Assembly (NCBI GenBank): GCA_038874135.1
Contig: JAVZCZ010000001.1
Span: forward strand, 672,001 to 736,000
Source of the DNA: Candidatus Woesearchaeota archaeon
Lineage (GTDB): Archaea > Nanobdellota > Nanobdellia > Woesearchaeales > 0-14-0-80-44-23
Length of the DNA: 64,000 bases
Reading direction: 5' to 3'
The position numbers and the translations under genes were made by a program. Under the pieces are notes generated by a model, which worked only from the letters and a program-made list of their open reading frames with translations, did no database searches and was not told the origin of the DNA. This document shows positions 59,520 to 64,000 of this stretch, one piece after another (positions within the stretch are counted from its first letter, which is position 1; each line of letters opens with the position of its first letter).

Positions 59520-61151
59520 CTAAAACCTGTTATCTCTGTTTTTTCTTTTTTTGTTTTTATTTCCTTCAACCCTGTTTATAAATGCTTCAACTAAGTGGTG
59601 TATTATTTCATGAATGTCCTCAACTATCTCATACTCCCCATGCTCAGTAGGTATCCATAAGGTTATGTCTGATATCTCTTTAAGTTTTCCCCCGTCAAAG
59701 CCGACAAAGCTTATTGTCTTTGCACCCACCTTTTTAGCATATTCTACGGCGTTTATTATGTTTGGAGAGTTTCCTGAAGAGGATATGCTTACCAGTATGT
59801 CATCCTTATTTAAAACATTTTCAAGCTGTTTTGAGAATACATGTTCGTATCCCAAGTCATTGGCGTATGCTGTGAATGTTGAAAGATTGTCTGCCAAGGA
59901 TATCGCTTTGAACATCTTGTTGGCTTTTTTTGTTCCCTTTCCAATGTCGCAGGCGAAGTGCGTGGCTATTGCAGCGCTTCCCCCGTTTCCTATGAAATAG
60001 ATTGTTTTTCCCATTCTTTCAGCATTTAGAAATTCTTTGATTACCTGCTCTACTACTTCGTGGTTTATTTTTGAGAATGTTTCAGCAAGGTATCCGGAGT
60101 ACTTCTGAGAGAACTCGTGAATGCTTTCTGAAGTTTCATATATCTGGTCTAAAGTGTCCATCTCATGCGTTCTCAGATGTACAATTCTTGAACCGAAGTG
60201 TTCAAAACGAAAATGCATTCTTTCCAAGCCTAACTTCTTTACTAACAATTCCTGCTTCTCTTTGGGACAATAGAAGAGTAGGAAGCCTCCACCGCCAGCA
60301 CCCAGAATCTTTCCACCAGTTGCTCCAGCTTCTAATGCCTTCTCATAGTATGCATCTATTTTCTTATTTGATATTCCTTCTGATAGGCTCTTTTTTAGCA
60401 GCCAGTTCTTGTGAAGTATCTCTCCCATACTGTTGATGTTCCCGGATTTTAGTTCGTCCCTGAGCGTGAAGGCGAGGTCGCGCATCTTAAGCATTGTCTC
60501 TATCTTTTCCTTCTTCTTCATTTCCTTCTTCTGTTTTGATAGGACTGTTCTCGCCTTTCTGGTAATTCCAGTGAATAGCAGCACTAGGTTTTCTTGCAAC
60601 TCGTGAAGAGTTTGCTTAGGTAGATATATTGGTTCTACGCCTACGCTGCCGTCCTTATTGAATGTGAGTAGATTAAGCCCACCTATTGCACACGCGTACT
60701 GGTCCTGCTTGCCTATTGGCTCTTTAAGGCGTTTTATCTCTACATCGCACGCTTCTTCTGCAAGTTCAAGATTAGTCTTTGGGGTGCTTTGATGCATGTA
60801 TAATGCTTTTAGCAGCCCTACTGTGAAGGCAGAGGATGAGCCGAGCCCTGTGCCCGATGAGGGAATGTCTGCAAAGCTTGCGAGTTCAACTCCCGATTTT
60901 ACACCCGCTTTGAGAAAGCATTCCCTAATTATCGGATGTTTTATCCTTTCAGGAGTACTCACGAGTTCAGTTTTAGAGTATTTTAAGAATATCTTGTTAT
61001 AAAAATAGTTGTGAAGTACTATGTACACATATTTATTTATTGATGTTGAGACAACTGCTCCTTGGTGCTTTCTGTAAAAGTCCGCAATATCTGTTCCGCC
61101 ACCAGCAAAGCTTATTCTCAAAGGCGTCTTGGTTATTATCAAAACTTCCAC
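59520..61151 (-). CDS. Fusion of D-glycero-D-manno-heptose 7-phosphate kinase (HddA, GHMP family) and sedoheptulose 7-phosphate isomerase (GmhA, SIS)
   Basis: TPLRISFAGGGTD, GTGLGSSSA, GKQDQY, GAGGGGF; then GNGGSAA, ANDLGYEHVF, SSSGNSPN, VEDIH. Confidence 0.92.
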   Translation of the reverse strand: MEVLIITKTPLRISFAGGGTDIADFYRKHQGAVVSTSINKYVYIVLHNYFYNKIFLKYSKTELVSTPERIKHPIIRECFLKAGVKSGVELASFADIPSSGTGLGSSSAFTVGLLKALYMHQSTPKTNLELAEEACDVEIKRLKEPIGKQDQYACAIGGLNLLTFNKDGSVGVEPIYLPKQTLHELQENLVLLFTGITRKARTVLSKQKKEMKKKEKIETMLKMRDLAFTLRDELKSGNINSMGEILHKNWLLKKSLSEGISNKKIDAYYEKALEAGATGGKILGAGGGGFLLFYCPKEKQELLVKKLGLERMHFRFEHFGSRIVHLRTHEMDTLDQIYETSESIHEFSQKYSGYLAETFSKINHEVVEQVIKEFLNAERMGKTIYFIGNGGSAAIATHFACDIGKGTKKANKMFKAISLADNLSTFTAYANDLGYEHVFSKQLENVLNKDDILVSISSSGNSPNIINAVEYAKKVGAKTISFVGFDGGKLKEISDITLWIPTEHGEYEIVEDIHEIIHHLVEAFINRVEGNKNKKRKNRDNRF

Positions 61152-61159
61152 CCCCCAAC

Positions 61160-63028
61160 TTACCTTTCTACCACTAAATCTGCGAATACTTCCTCATTTT
61201 CAATGTAAGGATACTCATCTTTAAACCTCTGATCCAAAATCCTTTGAATCTCACCCTCACTAAGCCCCTTCCAGCGATAGAAATTGCATACTCTTTTAAT
61301 AAATTTACCCTTCTCTTCCTTACAGAACACCCTTAAATCATATTTGCTTCTTAAAAATTCTGAAGAGAGCGCAACCACCCCTTCAATTATAATCACATCT
61401 TCTCCGGAGAGGAAGTATTCTTTTTCACCTTCTGATTTTTCTCTGCTGAGTGCGTTGTAAGGCCTTATCCTTATACTATCACCAGCCAGGACTTTCTGTA
61501 TCTCTTCTTCAATCCTTTTTAATTGAAACCTTTCGTAAACATTCTGATCTGCACTTCTTTCAGAAGCTGGAATTAGCCAGTCGTCCAGTTCTATTATTTT
61601 AACCTTTCTTCCTTCTATTTCCAATAGTTTTTTAAGGTATTTTGAGAAGGTGCTCTTCCCACTTCTGCTCTTTCCCCCGACACCTATTATGAATGGTTTC
61701 TTATCAATTTTTTTAATTATTTCTTCTGCGAACTTTCTGTAAGGCTCATTAATTATGAAATCTATCGCTTCATTCAGATCTTCAAACATGTAGTCCGGCT
61801 TAACCTCTGAGTCTCGGCATCCCCTGCCTGTCATTAGACCTATTGTTGTTATTCCAGCGTTTATGCCTGTGAGAATATCTGTTTTTGAATCGCCTATTAT
61901 AAAAGAGTTTTTTAGGTCAATGTTGAAGTCTTCTACTGCCTTTTTTATCATTCCTATTTTTGGTTTTCGGCATTCACATTCAATCTTGAATTCAGGAACC
62001 TCTTCAGGGTATCCCCTGTCCGGATGGTGAGGGCAGAAGTATATTGCGTCCAGGTATGCGCCCTCCTTTCCGAGCAGAGTTTCTAATTTTTTGTGTATCT
62101 CGTATAATTCTTTTAGGGTGCAGAGCCCCCTTGCTATGACTGACTGATTAGTTACAACTATTGCTAGGTATTCTGATCTGTTTATCTGAGCTATTGCTTT
62201 AGCAGCTTCAGGTATTAGTTTTAAGTCTTCAATCTTGTGTAGCAGGTTTACTTCCTCATTTATTACCCCATCCCTGTCCAGGAATATTGCCTTTCTCTGC
62301 TTTTCAATGTTTAAGCGTTCAATTCTGCCCGAAGAGTAATCTCGTCTTACCTGTTCCAGCCTTTCAGGAGTTCCCATATCTTTCAGATATTCAGCAGTTC
62401 TATAAGCATATATAGGCTCCCTGTCAATTATCTTTGGGAATATGTCCTTTCCGAAATCTGCTTTAACTCCTTTTTCAATATAATCTAGGATTTTTGGCGA
62501 TAAGACATAAAGGGCTGCACTTACAAGATTATGATACCACTTTTCAGGATCGTGAGGCTTAGGATGTATTGCAATGATTCTTCCGTTCTCGTCAGTTTCC
62601 AACAGGTCGCTGTCGTGTGGATGATCGTTTGGATGTACCACAAGAGTTGCTATCCCATTTTTAGTAAAGTGGTATTCTATTAGGCGCTTAAGATTCATGT
62701 TTACCATCACGTCGCCGTAAAGTAATAGAAAATCGGAGTTCAGTTTTTTTTCAATCTCTTTCAGCCCACCTGTTGTGCCGAGTGGCACTTGTTCTCTGTA
62801 ATATTCAATGTTTACCCCGAATCGCTTACCATCTTTAAAGTACGATTCTATCTGCTCAGCAAGGTGCCCTGTAAGCATTATGATGTCCCTTATTCCGTAC
62901 CTTTTTAGAAGTTCAATTTGATGTTCCAGCACAGGCTTGTCCCCTATTCTTATCATTGGCTTTGGAATCTCAGCTGAGATGCTTCCAAGACGAGTCCCCT
63001 TGCCTCCACACAGTATTACCGCTTTCAT
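61160..63028 (-). CDS. Triple fusion of NDP-sugar pyrophosphorylase (HddC-like), heptose-1,7-bisphosphate phosphatase (GmhB, HAD) and a P-loop kinase (uridine kinase-like)
   Basis: ILCGGKGTRL; FLDRDGVIN, CPHHP...CECRKP; GGKSRSGKST. Confidence 0.9.
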   Translation of the reverse strand: MKAVILCGGKGTRLGSISAEIPKPMIRIGDKPVLEHQIELLKRYGIRDIIMLTGHLAEQIESYFKDGKRFGVNIEYYREQVPLGTTGGLKEIEKKLNSDFLLLYGDVMVNMNLKRLIEYHFTKNGIATLVVHPNDHPHDSDLLETDENGRIIAIHPKPHDPEKWYHNLVSAALYVLSPKILDYIEKGVKADFGKDIFPKIIDREPIYAYRTAEYLKDMGTPERLEQVRRDYSSGRIERLNIEKQRKAIFLDRDGVINEEVNLLHKIEDLKLIPEAAKAIAQINRSEYLAIVVTNQSVIARGLCTLKELYEIHKKLETLLGKEGAYLDAIYFCPHHPDRGYPEEVPEFKIECECRKPKIGMIKKAVEDFNIDLKNSFIIGDSKTDILTGINAGITTIGLMTGRGCRDSEVKPDYMFEDLNEAIDFIINEPYRKFAEEIIKKIDKKPFIIGVGGKSRSGKSTFSKYLKKLLEIEGRKVKIIELDDWLIPASERSADQNVYERFQLKRIEEEIQKVLAGDSIRIRPYNALSREKSEGEKEYFLSGEDVIIIEGVVALSSEFLRSKYDLRVFCKEEKGKFIKRVCNFYRWKGLSEGEIQRILDQRFKDEYPYIENEEVFADLVVER

Positions 63029-64000
63029 GCCCTATTACCTGTTACTAATTTTTTAAATTCTTTCAACTCTTTAATGTTTAATATTCCTAATAGAGTTATT
63101 AGGATGAGATAGCTGCCAAAATATGTAAGAGCAGATATAGCCAATTTTAGTATTGTGTTTTCAAACAGATTTTTAAGCAGGAATATTCCAAATACGCTTA
63201 TCAATGCTGCCAGAGTATTGAGAAAAATATTTTTCCATTCCAGGCTTATTTGCAACCTTTTTGAGGCAATACTTCCAGCAATTATAGCTTGGATGATAAA
63301 AGCAAGCGTAGTCGTTATTGCCGCTCCGCTCATTCCTAGACGGGGTATAAGAATAATGTCGCCTACCAGGTTTAGAAGTGCGCTTACATAAATTATTTTC
63401 ATAGGCGTTACTGAATCCCCAGACGCTCTTATAAAGCTTGAGAATATTACGAAAATAGTGTAGAAGATTATACCAAATGATAGAATCCTCAGCGCATTCG
63501 CTCCTATTATGTTCTTAGATGTCCAAAGAAGATTTAAGATTACAGTTGGGAATATGGATATAAACACTGCCAGGGGAAGTATTATTAATAAAGAATATTT
63601 AACCACCTTCAATATCCCTTCACCAATAACTCTCTTCTTTCTTTTTTCCCAGAGTTCGGAAAACATGGGAAATAGCACAGCAGTTATTGCAGCAGGCAGA
63701 TACATTATGAGATTTACAGTCGGAACTACTGCATTCTTGTAAATTCCAACCTGTTCTAATCCTACGAAGTAGGTTAGGCATATTCCATCCACACTTATAA
63801 GAATTATGATACCTATTGAGCTCGCAGCTAAGGGTAGTGCATATCTAAATATACTTAAAAAAAGTTTTCTGGAAAACTGAGCCTTCACTCTAAAAAATTC
63901 TGGAAATATTTTTTTAAAAAGAAAATAAGAATATATCAAGAATATTATAAGCGGCGTTACCAGATAAGCTATTGCGGGGACTAGAGCATTTTTAATTCCG
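63025..64000 (-). CDS. Polysaccharide flippase (Wzx/MOP family), 5' part outside window
   Basis: Polytopic; FRYALP, VLFPMFSE, LLNLVGDIILIPRLGMSGAAITT. The frame stays open to the window edge. Confidence 0.9.
   Translation of the reverse strand, partial: GIKNALVPAIAYLVTPLIIFLIYSYFLFKKIFPEFFRVKAQFSRKLFLSIFRYALPLAASSIGIIILISVDGICLTYFVGLEQVGIYKNAVVPTVNLIMYLPAAITAVLFPMFSELWEKRKKRVIGEGILKVVKYSLLIILPLAVFISIFPTVILNLLWTSKNIIGANALRILSFGIIFYTIFVIFSSFIRASGDSVTPMKIIYVSALLNLVGDIILIPRLGMSGAAITTTLAFIIQAIIAGSIASKRLQISLEWKNIFLNTLAALISVFGIFLLKNLFENTILKLAISALTYFGSYLILITLLGILNIKELKEFKKLVTGNRA

Overview
Archaeal chromosomal DNA, standard genetic code. It is most likely a DPANN lineage (Woesearchaeota-like); this is inferred from the archaeal-type r-proteins, an N-terminally extended uS14, a truncated RqcH and the style of the surface proteins. 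Left to right: (1) 1-9.7 kb, two parallel cassettes, each an array of TACTTA-N5-TAAGTA-like boxes around a TATA box, then a tandem-HTH gene translationally coupled to a giant surface protein. The left surface gene (>1685 aa, LamG/FN3/Cys-rich) runs off the window and is missing from the ORF track. (2) pheS-pheT. (3) The uL3...uL15-secY-DUF106-eL14 ribosomal cluster, with a structured 5' leader. (4) A THUMP methyltransferase-like gene, and a minus-strand run of ArsR, aMBF1, two AglB/GT-C-like proteins, a processive GT2 and a CxxC protein. (5) An ABC exporter, AK6, and a coiled-coil/wHTH gene carrying 11-bp TGTCCCGGACA iteron-like arrays both inside and just downstream of itself, then short RqcH and a stand-alone 5S rRNA. 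(6) A 21-kb surface-glycan locus with galU, ugd, epimerases, GT2/GT4, methyltransferases, a GT-C protein, a complete GDP-heptose pathway in two fusion proteins and a flippase. The best candidates for an undescribed system are the self-iteron wHTH locus (~38.4-40.0 kb) and the operator/HTH/adhesin cassettes (1-9.7 kb). No CRISPR array, tRNA, reverse transcriptase or intact transposase was seen. All annotation is by eye; no searches were run.
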